A DNA stretch of 64,000 bases from Octopus vulgaris (lineage: Eukaryota), in contig OX597818.1 of NCBI GenBank assembly GCA_951406725.2, positions 20,150,001 through 20,214,000 on the forward strand, in the 5' to 3' direction. Position 1 is the stretch's first letter. Every line of letters begins with the position of its first letter. The translations under genes were made by a program, and so were the position numbers. Below the pieces are notes generated by a model, which was given only the letters and a program-made list of their open reading frames with translations, had not been told where the DNA came from and ran no database searches. This document shows, piece after piece, positions 1-12,708 of this stretch.

Positions 1-577
1 AAAAAATATCATTATTATTATGAGAAACAGTTTGCAGGAGAAGATACAAGATCAGCAGATAAAGTGATTTGTGAGATTTAGTTATGTTCCTTTATGTTTT
101 GAGTTCAAAGTATACTGGGGTTGACCTTGTCTTTTATCATTCTGGGTCCAATTAAATTGATACCCATCAAGTACTAGTGACATTTTTATTGATTATCAGA
201 TTGGAACCTGGTACACCTCACCTGTTTTCAGTCAAACTGTCCAACCCATTCTAGCATGGAAAACGGATGTTAAATAATGATGATGATGACAACGACATCC
301 CTCCCTCATAAATTGTAGCCTTGTGTCTGTAATAGAAATAAATATCTATAAAATTAGAAATCTGAACTGCTAAGCATGTTGGATTAAATTCCCTTCAGGA
401 TTAGTCACATTTCTGTACATTCTGATTTCAAATCTGGCTAAGATCAACTTTCCTTTTACGCTTTTTAGGATTAATAAAATAATACCATTTTATTATTTGA
501 ATACTGGAATTAATGTAATTAATTGACTGTACTCTCCCCATTAAAATGTGTACTTTTGTTTTTTTTTTCTTTTTCAG

Positions 578-821
578 ACTGCATCGCAAAGTTAAAGAAC
601 AAAGAGAAAATATATTGAAAAATTTACCAAAAACTTTCTCTACAAATCACACAAATTTTATCCCACCTTGCACCTTTCCACCAAAAAAAAAAAAAGTTAA
701 AAACCCTGCTTATTTTTGTTATGTTTTACTTGTCTTTATAATATTGTGGCTTTTTGGACCAAGTGTGAAAGAAAGAAATAATGAAAGTAAAAGAGAGAAA
801 GAAAGAGATATAGATATGTAA
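578..821 (+). other. Possible spliced (terminal?) exon of an unidentified host gene
   Basis: A ~20-nt polypyrimidine tract ends in TTTTCAG (AG at 576-577) and is followed by non-repetitive sequence. The three frames give TASQS*, CIAKLKNKEKIY* (stop 616-618) or LHRKVKEQ...IDM* (stop 819-821). No homology recognised. Confidence 0.3.
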
Positions 822-1491
822 TACAGAAAAGTCCAGCCTGTATTGCCTGTGTTTAAATCGTTATGATGATTGTTTTCATTGCTGCTGTGAGAAGCCACAC
901 ATATTATTTACCTGATAATTTAAGAATTTACTATTTGGATGACAGTTGGGGGTACTAGATTGGCAGAATTGGTTGCACATTGCACATAATACCTTACAAT
1001 ATTTCTTTGCAGTCTGAGTTCAAATCCTGCTGAGGTCAACTTTGCTTTTTCTGCTTCTTGGTTGAGGTATATCTATAAAATAAGCACTTGTTAATCCCTG
1101 GGCCTTAATATAATTGCCCTCGCCTTCCCCTGCCCCCATACACCTCTTACCTCATACCAAAATGTTTTACTTTGTGCTTCCTACGTTATATTTTCTTCAA
1201 ACCTCTATAAAAGATGTGTGGGGAGGGGAGTGGTTTGTGTGAGATGACATGGTTTCAATTCCCTGGGTGGTTTGACATAATTTCATTTTACTTATGCTGC
1301 TAATTTTATTTATTAGAACAACTGGTGGCTCATTTATGAAGAGCTTGTATTCATTTGTATATTCACATTGCTGGCAGTAGCTAAGTCAATTAATTAGTTA
1401 ATTCCATTCATTACCTTTATCTGTAGGAGGTTTTCTGTTAACTGCAGGTGTTTGATCCATATAGAGTACAAAGATCTAATGCTTGCAGTTT

Positions 1492-1522
<31 letters not shown>

Positions 1523-1619
1523 AGTTTTCATAATGAAAATTCTACAATAGATAGATGCTTACCAGCTTTACCTACCATATGTCTCTGATGATCTTGGGAA
1601 GGAAAACTATCTACACTAA

Positions 1620-1828
1620 CCAAACTTCTTTGTCAAATGTAATGCTTATTTACATTGTGTTTTGAATTAATAACACACTATTTTGTAGCTTCAATATTTC
1701 AAGGGCGTGTTTTTGTATGTTTTTAGAACGATATCATAGGGTAAGTGTGGGAGGTTGTATCTGGTCAAATTTAACATAAAGCAAGTAGACTAGGCTGGAT
1801 ATGGCTGGATTAAATTCTAAAGGGTTAA
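1620..1828. mobile_element. One end of a probable piggyBac-like non-autonomous element
   Basis: Ends in AAAGGG|TTAA (reverse complement TTAA|CCCTTT), the piggyBac terminus plus TSD signature. The other end was not found. Confidence 0.35.
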
Positions 1829-2179
1829 ATAATCTTGTTTATAAATTTCTGACTAATAATTAACATCGCCCCTACCATTGTTACTAGATAATTCCCTTTA
1901 TTACTCATGCTTCATATTCTCTTGAGAAAGGCATGATTGTTACAGTCTTCTCCCACACACTAAATTTGAAATGTTATTATTTTGTTTGATGCATTCTTTG
2001 TTACTTTTTTTCTATTTAGCAGCATTTTGTCTCTCTTTATATTCCAATTCAAATTCCGCCAAGGGTCAATGAAATAGGTACCAGTCAAGTACTGGGATTG
2101 ATGTAATTGACTAGCCCACTTCCTCAAAATTTCAGGCCTTGTGCCTATTGTAGAAATTATTATTATTATTATTATTATT

Positions 2180-3092
2180 AAGGCAGAATCATTAGTACAC
2201 TGGGTGAAATGCTTTGTAGCATTGCATCCATTCTTACATTCTGAGTTCAAATTCTGCCGGAGTTGGCTTTACCTTTCATCCCTTTTGGAGGTTGATAAAA
2301 CAAGTACCAATTGAGCACTGGGGCCAGTATAATCAACTTAGCCCCTCCTACTAAAACTGCTGGCCTTGTGTCAAAATTTGCAACCATTATTATTTTTTTT
2401 ATTAAGGCAGCAAACTAGCTGAACCGTTAGCATGTTGGACAAAATTCTTTGGAACATTTCTTCTGGTTTTACATTCTGAGTTCAAATTCCACCAAGGTCA
2501 ACTTTGCCTTTCATCCTTCCGTTGTTGATAAAATAACTATCAGTTGAGCATTGGGGTCAATGTAATTGACTCAATCTGTCCCCTCAACTTTTCTGTCATT
2601 ATGCCCATGCTAGTATGCAATGTGAAGTGCTTGGCATTAGGAAAAGCACTTATTGCCAAAGCAGATATTGGTGCTTGGTACAAACTTCTGGCTTATTGAC
2701 TCCTGTCAAATGATGCAGCTCATGCCAACATGGGAAGCAGGTTAAATGATAATGATGATAGGCAGAATTTGAACTCAAAATGTGGAGAGCTGAAACAAAC
2801 ACTGCAAGTTATTGTTTTTCCAACACTCTAGTAACTCTACCAATCCAACATCCTTTACATTTAATGATAATAATAATCCTTTCTACTATAGGCACAAGGC
2901 CTGAAATTTTGAGGTAGCGAGTAAGTCAATTACATCAACCCCAGAGCTCAACTGGTACTTAATTTAATCAACCCCAAAAAGATGAAACGCAAAGTCGACC
3001 TCAGCGGAATTTGAACTCAGAACATAATGATAGACAAAATACTGCTAAGTATTTTGCTTGGTATACCAACAATTCTGCCAGCTCGCCACCTT
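2180..3092. mobile_element. Cluster of decayed family-A tRNA-derived SINEs (2180-2385 +, 2405-2610 +, 2875-3092 -)
   Basis: GGCAGAATC A-box, GTTCAAATTCC B-box and the GACTTTGCCTTTCATCC...GATAAAATAAGTACCA core shared with the intact copy at 29038. Confidence 0.85.
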
Positions 3093-3514
3093 AATGATGA
3101 TAATGAAAAAGAAGGTAAATTGGTAAAAGTAATTTGATACTGGACTAATAAATACCTGACAGAACTCACTAATGTTGAGCACTGTCTTTCCAGAATCAAT
3201 GAAGCAGCTACCGGTAATATACTAGGATTGTTTCAGTCCCATATATTTCCAAGTCTCCCCCACTACCCACTCTCTGCTCTGAACTCAAAGTAAAATTGGA
3301 GGTATCATAAGTCAACTGATCTGTTGGTTGACTGCTGTATGAACAGTACATGTTTTGACTCACATCAGGGATCAGAGTTCTCAGTGACCAAATATGAAGC
3401 TAAATAGGTATTAGTGTGGAATGCAACTACTTCTGCTAATTAAAAATAATAAAAATATTGAATTTAATATGTTAATGTTTATTTTGTTGTTTGTTTGATT
3501 ATTAATTAATATTC

Positions 3515-3660
3515 GAGCGAAGTCGTTGCCAGTGCCGCTGGACTGGCTCCTGTGCAGGTGGCACGTAAAAAACACCATTTGAGTGTGGCCATTGCCAGTA
3601 CCGCCTGACTGGCCCTCATGCCGGTGGCAAGTAAAAGCACCCACTACACTCGCGGAGTGT
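3515..3660 (+). mobile_element. Family-C SINE / RTE-like 3' end fragment
   Basis: GGTGGCACGTAAAA...CACCCACTACACTCGCGGAGTG, also present at 5360-5600. Confidence 0.65.
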
Positions 3661-3908
3661 ATATTATAAGAATTAAGCAAGCTAAATCATTTGATCTTTA
3701 TTACATAACCTATAATGTGGCTTTGTAATTAAGAAGCTTACTTCCCAACTATGGGGTTTCAGGTTCAGTCCTACTGCAGGGCACCTTAGACAAGTGTTTT
3801 CTACTATAACCCAGGTTAACCAAAACCATGTGAGTGGATTTAGTACACAGAAACTGAAAGAGGCCCATCATGTGTATATGTGTGAGTGTGTGTGTATATG
3901 CATGTAAG

Positions 3909-3939
<31 letters not shown>

Positions 3940-4050
3940 AAGTACATAAATTTATATATACATGTGTATAAGTATATGTGTGTGTGTGTATATATACATA
4001 TATATGTGTGTGTGTGTGTGTATACATATATATATATATATATATATATA

Positions 4051-4529
4051 AGCATTTCATCTCAATCCTGTCTTCTTTCTGCCGCCTAAAACCTCATTTC
4101 CCAATGCGCGGTGTCACTATGTCTCTCTCTCTCTCTCGCTATGTGGTGTCGGTTCTCCCTCTGTTTTCACTGTCTCTCTCTCTCTCTCTCTCGGTATATA
4201 TCTCACCTTCACTCGCTTCCACAGGCTTAGCCAATACCGCAGGATGAAAAACATCAAGCTAAGTTCCCGACCTGTTTCCTCTTTTCATTGTTTTTGCAAG
4301 CCTTATTATTATTGTATCCCCATCTAATAGCGTTATCGTTGTCTTTCGTCTCAAATGCTAGCTGAAGCATAAAAACTTTCACTCACAAAAACTTATTCAC
4401 ACCACTGCAAAGCATTTCATCTCAATCCTGTCTTCTTTCTGCCGCCTAAAACCTCATTTCCCAATGCGCGGTGTCACTATGTCTCTCTCTCTCTCTCGCT
4501 ATGTGGTGTCGGTTCTCCCTCTGTTTTCA

Positions 4530-4619
<90 letters not shown>

Positions 4620-4900
4620 ATATATCTCACCTTCACTCGCTTCCACAGGCTTAGCCAATACCGCAGGATGAAAAACATCAAGCTAAGTTCCCGACCTGTT
4701 TCCTCTTTTCATTGTTTTTGCAAGCCTTATTATTATTGTATCCCCATCTAATAGCGTTATCGTTGTCTTTCGTCTCAAATGCTAGCTGAAGCATAAAAAC
4801 TTTCACTCACAAAAACTTATTCACACCACCGCAAAGCATTTCATCTCAATCCTGTCTTCTTTCTGCCGCCTAAAACCTCATCTTCTCCCAATGCGCCGTG
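4051..4900 (+). repeat. Near-perfect tandem duplication, 360-bp unit (two full units plus a partial third)
   Basis: AGCATTTCATCTCAATCC starts at 4051, 4411 and 4835. Unit 2 is 64 bp longer because of (CT)n expansion. Confidence 0.95.
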
Positions 4901-5043
4901 CGCCCGCCCTCCCACCCCCACCACCAATACCGGTGAACACTGTTCTCACCATCTACACCGGATACTCCCTCTTATGTTTCTCTATCTGTCTAACTATTTA
5001 TCTAATTTCTCTATCTATCTAATTTCTCTATCTATCTAATTTC

Positions 5044-5075
<32 letters not shown>

Positions 5076-5359
5076 CATTCGTCTAAAATCAAACTTCGTA
5101 TCTTCGCGGTGCACCCGCCCTGCCCACCCCCACCACCAATACCGGATATCTCTATATTTTGCTCCATCTATACCGGATGTCGCTTCTCCCACCACCATTA
5201 TAGGTGTCTACTCTTCGAACCCCCCTCTTCAATACGCTATTTCACCATGCATTACCCCTCTCTCGATATCCTACGTTCTACTTGCCTAGAACCTGTCATC
5301 ATTTCTCTGAACCACCCCTCCCCACTGGTGCTCCCCTATATTTCTGCACCCCCCACATA

Positions 5360-5600
5360 AAAAGCACCATCCGAACGTGGCCGATGCCAGACCCCTCTGG
5401 CACCTGTGCAGGTGGCACGTAAAAAACACCCACTACACTCGCGGAGTGGTTGGCGTTAGGAAGGGCATCCAGCTGTAGAAACACTACCAGACTAGACTGG
5501 AGCCTGGGGCAGTCCCGAGCTCCCCAGACCCCGGTCGAAACCGTCCAACCCGTGCTAGCGCGGAAAACGGACGTTTAACGATGATGATGATGATGATGAT
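5360..5600 (+). mobile_element. Family-C SINE / RTE-like 3' end with (ATG)n tail
   Basis: GAGTGGTTGGCGTTAGGAAGGGCATCCAGCTGTAGAAAC...AACGGACG followed by (ATG)n. Decayed relatives at ~200-290 and ~2630-2760. Confidence 0.75.
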
Positions 5601-5615
5601 ATATATATGTGCGTA

Positions 5616-5875
5616 CAAAGAAAAGAATTATTGAATAGTGCAATACAGTAGTATTGCTTCCCAGTAAAACAAAGCATCATCAGGTGAAAGTATAAATATA
5701 GGATAGTGGTACAACAATGCACCAATATTTACTGGAAATAGCAGTCAATAATATACAATGCTATAGTAAAGCTTCACTGTATATATATATATATATATAT
5801 ACTTTAACCTGATGTTGCTTTGTTTTACTGGGAAGCAATACTACTGTATTGCACTATTTAATAATTTTTTCTTTG
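5616..5875. repeat. Inverted repeat, ~85-bp arms with a ~90-bp spacer
   Basis: 5616-5700 is the reverse complement of ~5792-5875 with few mismatches (e.g. AATAGTGCAATACAGTAGTATTGCTTCCCAGTAAAACAAAGCA). Confidence 0.92.
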
Positions 5876-6310
5876 GAAACTTGTTCACTGTCCTTGGTCT
5901 GTTAACAGCCAGGAATTCAGACAAATAATACTGGCATTGATGTAGCAACATTTGAAATTGTGTCTTGGTGAATCTAGTTGAAGAGAACTAATCAAATTTA
6001 CATTAACAAATGTAATTTGGAAAGTGCGAAACCTAAGTCCTAGATTATTTACATCTGGGTTGTACATTTATTTAAATATTCTTCCTATAGGTAAGATGAA
6101 ATTTTTTTTGTGTTCACAGCCTGCAAACATCTTTGCCAGTATATATATATATATATATATATATTTATTTATTTATTTATATAGCAAAAATTTAGATTCA
6201 GAAGAATATGGTACTTAAGTTGAGACACCAGAATTTAGTATGGTATTTTCCATACAATTTCAAAATAAGGTGATTAAAATCAAAATAAGCAACAAGGATA
6301 TCCAGAGGCA

Positions 6311-6398
6311 ATGCAGTACGATCGTTTCAAACAACTCCATTTAATTGAACAATGCAGTCATTACATCAATTTAGATGCAGAGCAATCCTCAGCTGCAT
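6311..6398 (-). ncRNA. Type I hammerhead ribozyme motif (Penelope-like pLTR type)
   Basis: Minus strand: AUGCAG-CUGAGGA-[long imperfect helix II]-GAAA-CGAUCG-UA-CUGCAU. Helix I is a perfect 6 bp, helix III is palindromic, and the triplet is GUA. Confidence 0.65.
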
Positions 6399-8348
6399 AA
6401 AGACATATAATTTAATTAAATTAAAACAGATGGACACATTTGTATAATTTTACCTAAAATCTCCAAGAAGGTAAGGGGATAGACAAAGAACATGCTGTCT
6501 TCACTGCAGCTTAGAAGCTACTAAGGTATCAGGAAGAAAGACTTGTTACAGATTTTGCTTGTTACTGTTTTATGGGGTCAGTTTTAATTTATAGACTAGT
6601 TTATCAAATCTTTGTATATCTAAGGCCAAAAAATAACAAGGAGTAGTGCCTGCTAGGAAGGGGGCTGAGAGAGTCGACAGAAATCATAGTGGGTATAGTC
6701 ATAAAAAACTCAAGATTTATTTGAAGCAATATAATGAGCTTTGGTAAAGGAAATCTTAAATCAAGATGTTAGCTGACAATTAAAGGGGCAAATCACACAT
6801 TTCATCGAACATTTCTACCTTTTACATCAGTAAATACACTCTTGAAAGACACATTGCACTTAGTCCTGTGAACTTTGTGCGCGCACCCGTATATTTGTTT
6901 TATTCTATCATCTTTACTTCACATTTACACACAATTAAAGGGTCGATGTGACTTACTCCTTCTCGAAATTGCTGGCCTTGTACCAAAATTTGAAACCAAT
7001 ATTACATTAAATAACGAACGTGACATCTATTGTACTTACAATATAGTTCCTCCACTTTCCATTTATCTGATCTTTACTTTAAATATCAAAATCTATTGAT
7101 AAATTTCCAAGTAACAAACTCAAATAATAGCTTTATTATGTTAATAATAGCTTTATTATGTTAAACAATCCGCCAATTGTAACACAATATGACATTTTTG
7201 TTTTCCTTTTTATATTTTCACTAAATAAACCAAATCAATTTCTTTATTATCATCATCTCAGTAAGATATTGCATGGATACATGTATGTATGTATGTATCT
7301 TATCTTTTACTTGTTTCAGTCATTAGACTGCGATCATGATGTTGTTTCTTTCTAAGTCTGGTACTTATTCTGTCGATCTCTTTTACCGAACCACTAAGTT
7401 ACGGAGATGTTAACAACGACGTCAAACAGTGGTGGTGGAAAAATATAGCCACACACACACACACACATATAATATATATATACTACGGGCTTCTTCCAGT
7501 TTCCACCTACCAAATCCACCCATAACACTTTGGTCGGTCCAAAGCTATAGTAAAAGACACCTCCCGAAAGTGCCATACAGTGGGATAGATCCAATGATTG
7601 AGCAAACTCCTTGCCACACCAGCACCTAAATGTATTGATACCTATTCAACATCACTACCAATAAGCAAGGAATCTTTTTCACCATTTCGTTTAATGTGTG
7701 TTAGGTATTATCATACTTTTATCCAACTTCATTAAGTTTCAGGAAATTATCCTCCATTTGAAATAATAGCTACTTAGAGGATGTATACCTTAACACGGGG
7801 AAAAAATTACTGTTCCATATATATATCAAATCAAGAAATCATATATTTTTCTTAAATTTTAACTTATCCCCTCTCTCTCAAACACACACACGCGCACATA
7901 TTTCATTGAACATTTCTACCTTTTACATCAGTAAACACACACCTGAAAGACACATTGCACTTAGTCCTATGAACTTTGTGTGTGCACCCGTATATTTGTT
8001 TTATTCTATCATCTTTACTTCACATTATTTTGCATGCACAATATGCTCATTAGACTTATCGTTCGTTCCCAATTTCCGATCTTTTCTGTATTTTGCTTCT
8101 TTATAATCATAGAAACTGAAATCTTAAATTTCATAAGAACTATTCAATCCAATTATATCCAATATTATGTTTTATACAACCATATACTTTCCTAAAATTA
8201 CATGCTTGTTTTTTCTGATGGTATGCAACCTTTAGGCGCGATGCAAATGGAGTTGACTAAAAATGACAAGGAGAGGAGGCAAAATTATTTCGTAGTGCTT
8301 ATAAAAATAACTGGATTATGTAAAATCCAAAGTAAATAAATGTTCAGT

Positions 8349-9113
8349 GTAAACCGAACAGAACGGATCTTTTCGTTTGCCGTCACAGATACGATATTTT
8401 TTCAACTTTCTTCCAGCTGTTTTTAAATTTGGTTATACCGATTTAGTTTTGTATGATCATTATGAAACTGAAAAATTATGAAAATGAATAAGCTGTACCC
8501 TGCCCTTTTTTCATTGTAACAAGGACGCTGTATATAGCACGACTGTGACACTTCCACCACGGCACCCACCAGCACAAGTTTTGACGAGCTATATCATTTA
8601 GAGCTGGGGTTCTCAATCATTATTTTTTTATCTATGGGTGACTTTGATTACTATTTTATTCTGGTGGACCTCATAGCCATTCGATATTTAGTTTTATAGA
8701 AACTTCTTTCAAAAGTCCTGTTTTGTTTTTCACACATGAACTTGTGTAGGTTAAACTATGTAAAATGTTAGAGAAAGAAACCTAGTTGTTTCTTGCAGTA
8801 CATACCAATACATACATCTGAAGTAAAAATTTCCTGAGGTCCTTAAAGCACTATTGTAGATTTCCATCAGGGGCCATATGGACTGCAGTTGAGAACCACT
8901 GATTTAGAGCCTATTATTTTGTGACACAGCTATCACGCAGAAAATGCGCGGCTTCCTATTCCTGCTTTCTGATTGTAATTTTTGACACTGAATCCCAAAT
9001 TCCAATTCAGCGTGAAAAATTACACCAATGTACCAAATTCGAAAATTTTCTCTTAATTTTAAAAATTCCAAATCTGTGACAGCAACCGAAAAGATCCAAC
9101 AGCTCAGTTTAAC
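8349..9113. mobile_element. Non-autonomous DNA transposon with ~40-bp TIRs, hosting a nested hAT MITE
   Basis: GGATCTTTTCGTTTGCCGTCACAGAT (to 8390) mirrors ATCTGTGACAGCAACCGAAAAGATCC (from 9072). Confidence 0.75.
8604..8901. mobile_element. hAT (Charlie-like) MITE
   Basis: Termini CTGGGGTTCTCAA / TTGAGAACCACTG with a perfect 8-bp TSD ATTTAGAG at 8596-8603 and 8902-8909. Confidence 0.9.
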
Positions 9114-9328
9114 ATAACACCGTCAGAGTATCTGTATAAATACATGCACCACGGTATTTACAAAAATGCGATTAAAAATAAACAAACGTGTGGTATCTTA
9201 TCAACATAATATATTGTCTATTGTCTATCAAGTATTATAGTGGAAAGAGTGGGTATAGAATATAATTGCCTGAAAAACGAACAGAGCATTTGTAGCAAAA
9301 TATGTTCAAATATGTTCTTGACCGAACA

Positions 9329-9668
9329 GGTAAAGGTAAAGACACCCTTCTCTCATGAATGACCATGGGATTGCACCTAGAAAGTTACCCATTAAGGCAC
9401 AAGTCCTAGCAAGGTTCTTTATGGAAGACCAGCAGTCACCCATGCATGCTAGCCTCCCCTCTCCACATCACTGATGTTATCCAAGGTAGAGCAAAGGCCG
9501 ATATAGCTTGGCACCAGCGATGTCGCAACTCATTTCTACAGCTGAGTGAACAGGAGCAACGTGAAATAAAGTGTCTTGCCCAAGAACACAACGCACAGCC
9601 CGGTTCGGGAATCAAACTAACTACCTTATGATTGTGAGTCCGACGCTCTCACCACTGTGCCATGAGCC
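9329..9668 (-). mobile_element. tRNA-derived SINE, family E, with (ACCTTT)n tail
   Basis: tRNA-like head on the minus strand and the core GTGTTCTTGGGCAAGACACTTTATTTCACGTTGCTCC. A second copy lies at ~50210-50510 (+). Confidence 0.8.
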
Positions 9669-10763
9669 TTTACATACATCACGAATAAGTATTGCTTTTT
9701 AGCAACAGTTAATAAAACCTTTTCCCAATAGGTACAAAACCTGAAATTTTAGGGGAGAAGGCTTGTCGATTTCATCGATCCTAGGGCTCAATTAGTACTT
9801 GGTTTTATCGATCCCGAAAGTCGGCAAAAGAAGCTACACTTTTGGTGAATCTCTGTGTATATGAGACAAGACTGTCTGCGAGACGTTCTCAGCTTATTAT
9901 ATGTGAAAGACATTTACGTGTGTGTGTGTGAGAGAGAGAGAGAGGGGTTAGTTTGTGGGCTTGAGAGAGGTTAGTGTGTGTGTGTGTGAGAGAGAGGGGT
10001 TAGTTTGAGGGCTTGAAATTTCATAATTGGTAGATGCTGCGATCCTTTCAAGAAGGGACTCCAAGAGTTATTTGTCGAAAAATGAGTGCACCAAAAGCAG
10101 ACGGTTTGATTTGCTGAATCTAGTCAATATAAACACAGTCGTGTAATTTTATCAGCTCTCTGCTAGGTGCGTGTAACCGAGCTACGAGATTAAAACGTTC
10201 TGACCGACGTTTGATACAAAACTTACGGAATGACACACGTGGAAAATAATTATTTTGCTTTGAATTTGAATTCTTTTCATTTCATTGCACAATAAAATAT
10301 ACTCATTACGAAATATATGTTTTTATCATTTATATCAGTATAGCTTCTTTCTATTTATGTTGGGCCCTTTCAAGTGTATTTCGGCTAGTCCCCATAGAAT
10401 CCAGAGGTTTAAAAAAATTTGGCAATACCAGCGGGCATGAGGGAAAACGCCACGCGCACACATTGGATCAAGGCGACGTACTGGCAGAGGCAAAATCGTT
10501 AGCACGTCGGGCAGAAAGCTGCGGCTTTTTGTCCGTCTTTACGTTCTGAGTTCAAATTCCTCCGAGGTCGACTGTCTTTCATACTTTAGAGATCGATAAA
10601 ATAAGTACCAGCTGAGCACTGGAGTCGATGTAATTGACTACCACTCCCCTAAAATTGCTGGCCTTGTGCCAAAATTTGAAATCAATATTAAACTGAATTA
10701 AATTTATTCGTTACATAGGCACAAAACCAGAGTACTTGATTTATTTTATCGGCCACGGCAGTA

Positions 10764-11436
10764 CAGTCTTAAGATATGGGCCGTTGCTCAAGTGCTCTCA
10801 CGACCAAAATGCTGACAAGACGGCTCTAGGCCACAGAAGTATGAAGAGCAAAATTGACCAGTGAGGAATTTTAATTCATTTTGCATTATATTTTTCATAT
10901 GGGCTACACCAAAATCTGCTGGATATGATGGAGTATGCTGACAGAAAAAGTTAGAGAATCTCTCTTTCCTCACATTCTGACGAAAGTGAGGTGCACATTT
11001 CCACTAGGAACAACTGTCCAGGGAAAATACATGTGTAATATGGTGCTTTAACTTGATGTATATTCCATTTAAGGTATTTTTCTATATAAACATATGGCAT
11101 TTAAGGTATTTTTCTATATTTTAAACGTCCAAATATATGATTAACCACCCCTCTGTGTGCCATTATGTCTAAAATAACTTAGCAGTAAATCAACTGTATA
11201 ACCTACTTTTGTCCTCTGATGTCTACAAATTATTTGAATATTATAGACAGTGATTTCGAAGTTTTGGCCAAAACTTTGAAGCGACTATCAATAACATTCT
11301 TTTGATAAGAATAATAAATTTATACTCTACAAAAGTATAGAGTAACCTTTCAGATTAATGTAAAAATGTTTTATTATAATTGAACATAAAAATAAGCATT
11401 AATGTACATAGTGGTGGGGCCTTGAGCAACGGACTG
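10764..11436. mobile_element. Tc1/mariner-like MITE
   Basis: TA|CAGTC(13-bp insertion)CGTTGCTCAAG ... CTTGAGCAACGGACTG|TA, giving short TIRs with a TA TSD. Confidence 0.7.
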
Positions 11437-12235
11437 TACTGCCGTGGCCGATAAAATAAGTCAAGTACTCTGGCTTTGTGCCTATGTAACGAATACATTT
11501 GATTCAGTTTAATACTTATTTCAAATTTCGGCACAAGGCCAGCAATTTTAGGGGAGGGGTCTAGTCAATTACATCGACCCCAGTGCTCAGCTGATACTTA
11601 TTTGATCGATCTCTAAAGGATGAAAGGCAGCGAACAGGCTGAATCGTTAGTAAGTCGGGCAAAATGCTAAGCGGTATTTCGTCTCTGTCTTCACGCTCTA
11701 AGTTCAAATTCCACCGAGCTCGACATTGCTTTTCATTCTTTCGGGATCGATAAAATAAGTACCAATAGAATACTAGGGTCGATGTAATAGACTTACTCCC
11801 TGCTCCGAAATTGCCGATCTTGTGTCAGAATTTGAAATCAATATTATAGCAAAGACATATGTATGCATATATGTGCTTATATGCATGTATATATACAGGC
11901 ATACCTTACTTACGTCAGTAATACATTCTACGACATGCGACTTGATAAATGAGGCAATGCGAAAAAAAAAAACATTTAAAAAGTATTATCAGCTTATATC
12001 TCTTTTAATAAATGGTTTGTACATATTTTCGAGTATATTTCATTTGACTTTCCTTTTCAGCATTGGTTTTTAGGGTATTTTAAAAATTTTCATGCTGTTA
12101 AATGCATTCGCTGAAACCGCCGTAAAGTCAGATGAATCAACTGAAGTAGAGATTTATCTTCCCTTTAATTTCTTGAAAAAAGGCGACGTAAAGTCAAAAA
12201 GTCATAACAAGAAACGACCTAAGCTGAGGTATGCC

Positions 12236-12432
12236 TAGAACCGTTAGCACGTATTTCGTCTGCCGTTACGTTCTGAGTTCAAATTCCGCCGAGGTCGACT
12301 TTGCCTTTCATCCTTTCGGAGTCGATAAATTAAGTACCAGTTACGCACTGGGGTCGATGTAATCGACTTAATTCGTTTGTCTGTCCTTGTTTGTCCCCTC
12401 TATGTTTAGCCCCTTGTGGGTAATAAAGAAAC
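12236..12432 (+). mobile_element. Family-A SINE
   Basis: Near-identical to the copy at 29038-29266 apart from a 5' deletion. Confidence 0.9.
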
Positions 12433-12533
12433 ATATATTTGTATACATATCCATATATGGATATATATTAAAATACGTGTGAATGGACAAACGAAAGATG
12501 GACACTCAACCAATTTATTGGGAGTTATATGTA

Positions 12534-12708
12534 TGGATCAAAACAATTTTATTCAAATTCGTTGGTACTCTTGAGTTTTAAGCGTGATGCTAGTCGTCAG
12601 CCATTTTGAATTTGACTGACAGTTGTTCAAATTCAAAACGGCTGACGACTAACATCACGCTTGAAACTCAAGAGTACCAACAAATTTGAATCAAACTGTT
12701 TTGATCCA
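12534..12708. ncRNA. Palindrome (82-bp arms, 11-nt loop) made of two head-to-head hammerhead motifs
   Basis: The arms differ at 6 of 82 positions. Plus strand: UCAAAUU..GG-CUGACGA(12642-12648)-...-GAAA(12663-12666)-CUC AA GAG-UA-CC..AAUUUGA. The mirror copy is on the minus strand. Confidence 0.6.

Noticed and set aside
1585-1611. HHR-like CTGATGA...GAAA..TC
   Set aside because: No helix I pairing around the cleavage site, so likely a chance match.
12534-12708. Pre-miRNA call
   Set aside because: The stem is longer and more perfect than typical pre-miRNAs, and inverted duplication explains it better. Small-RNA data would be needed.
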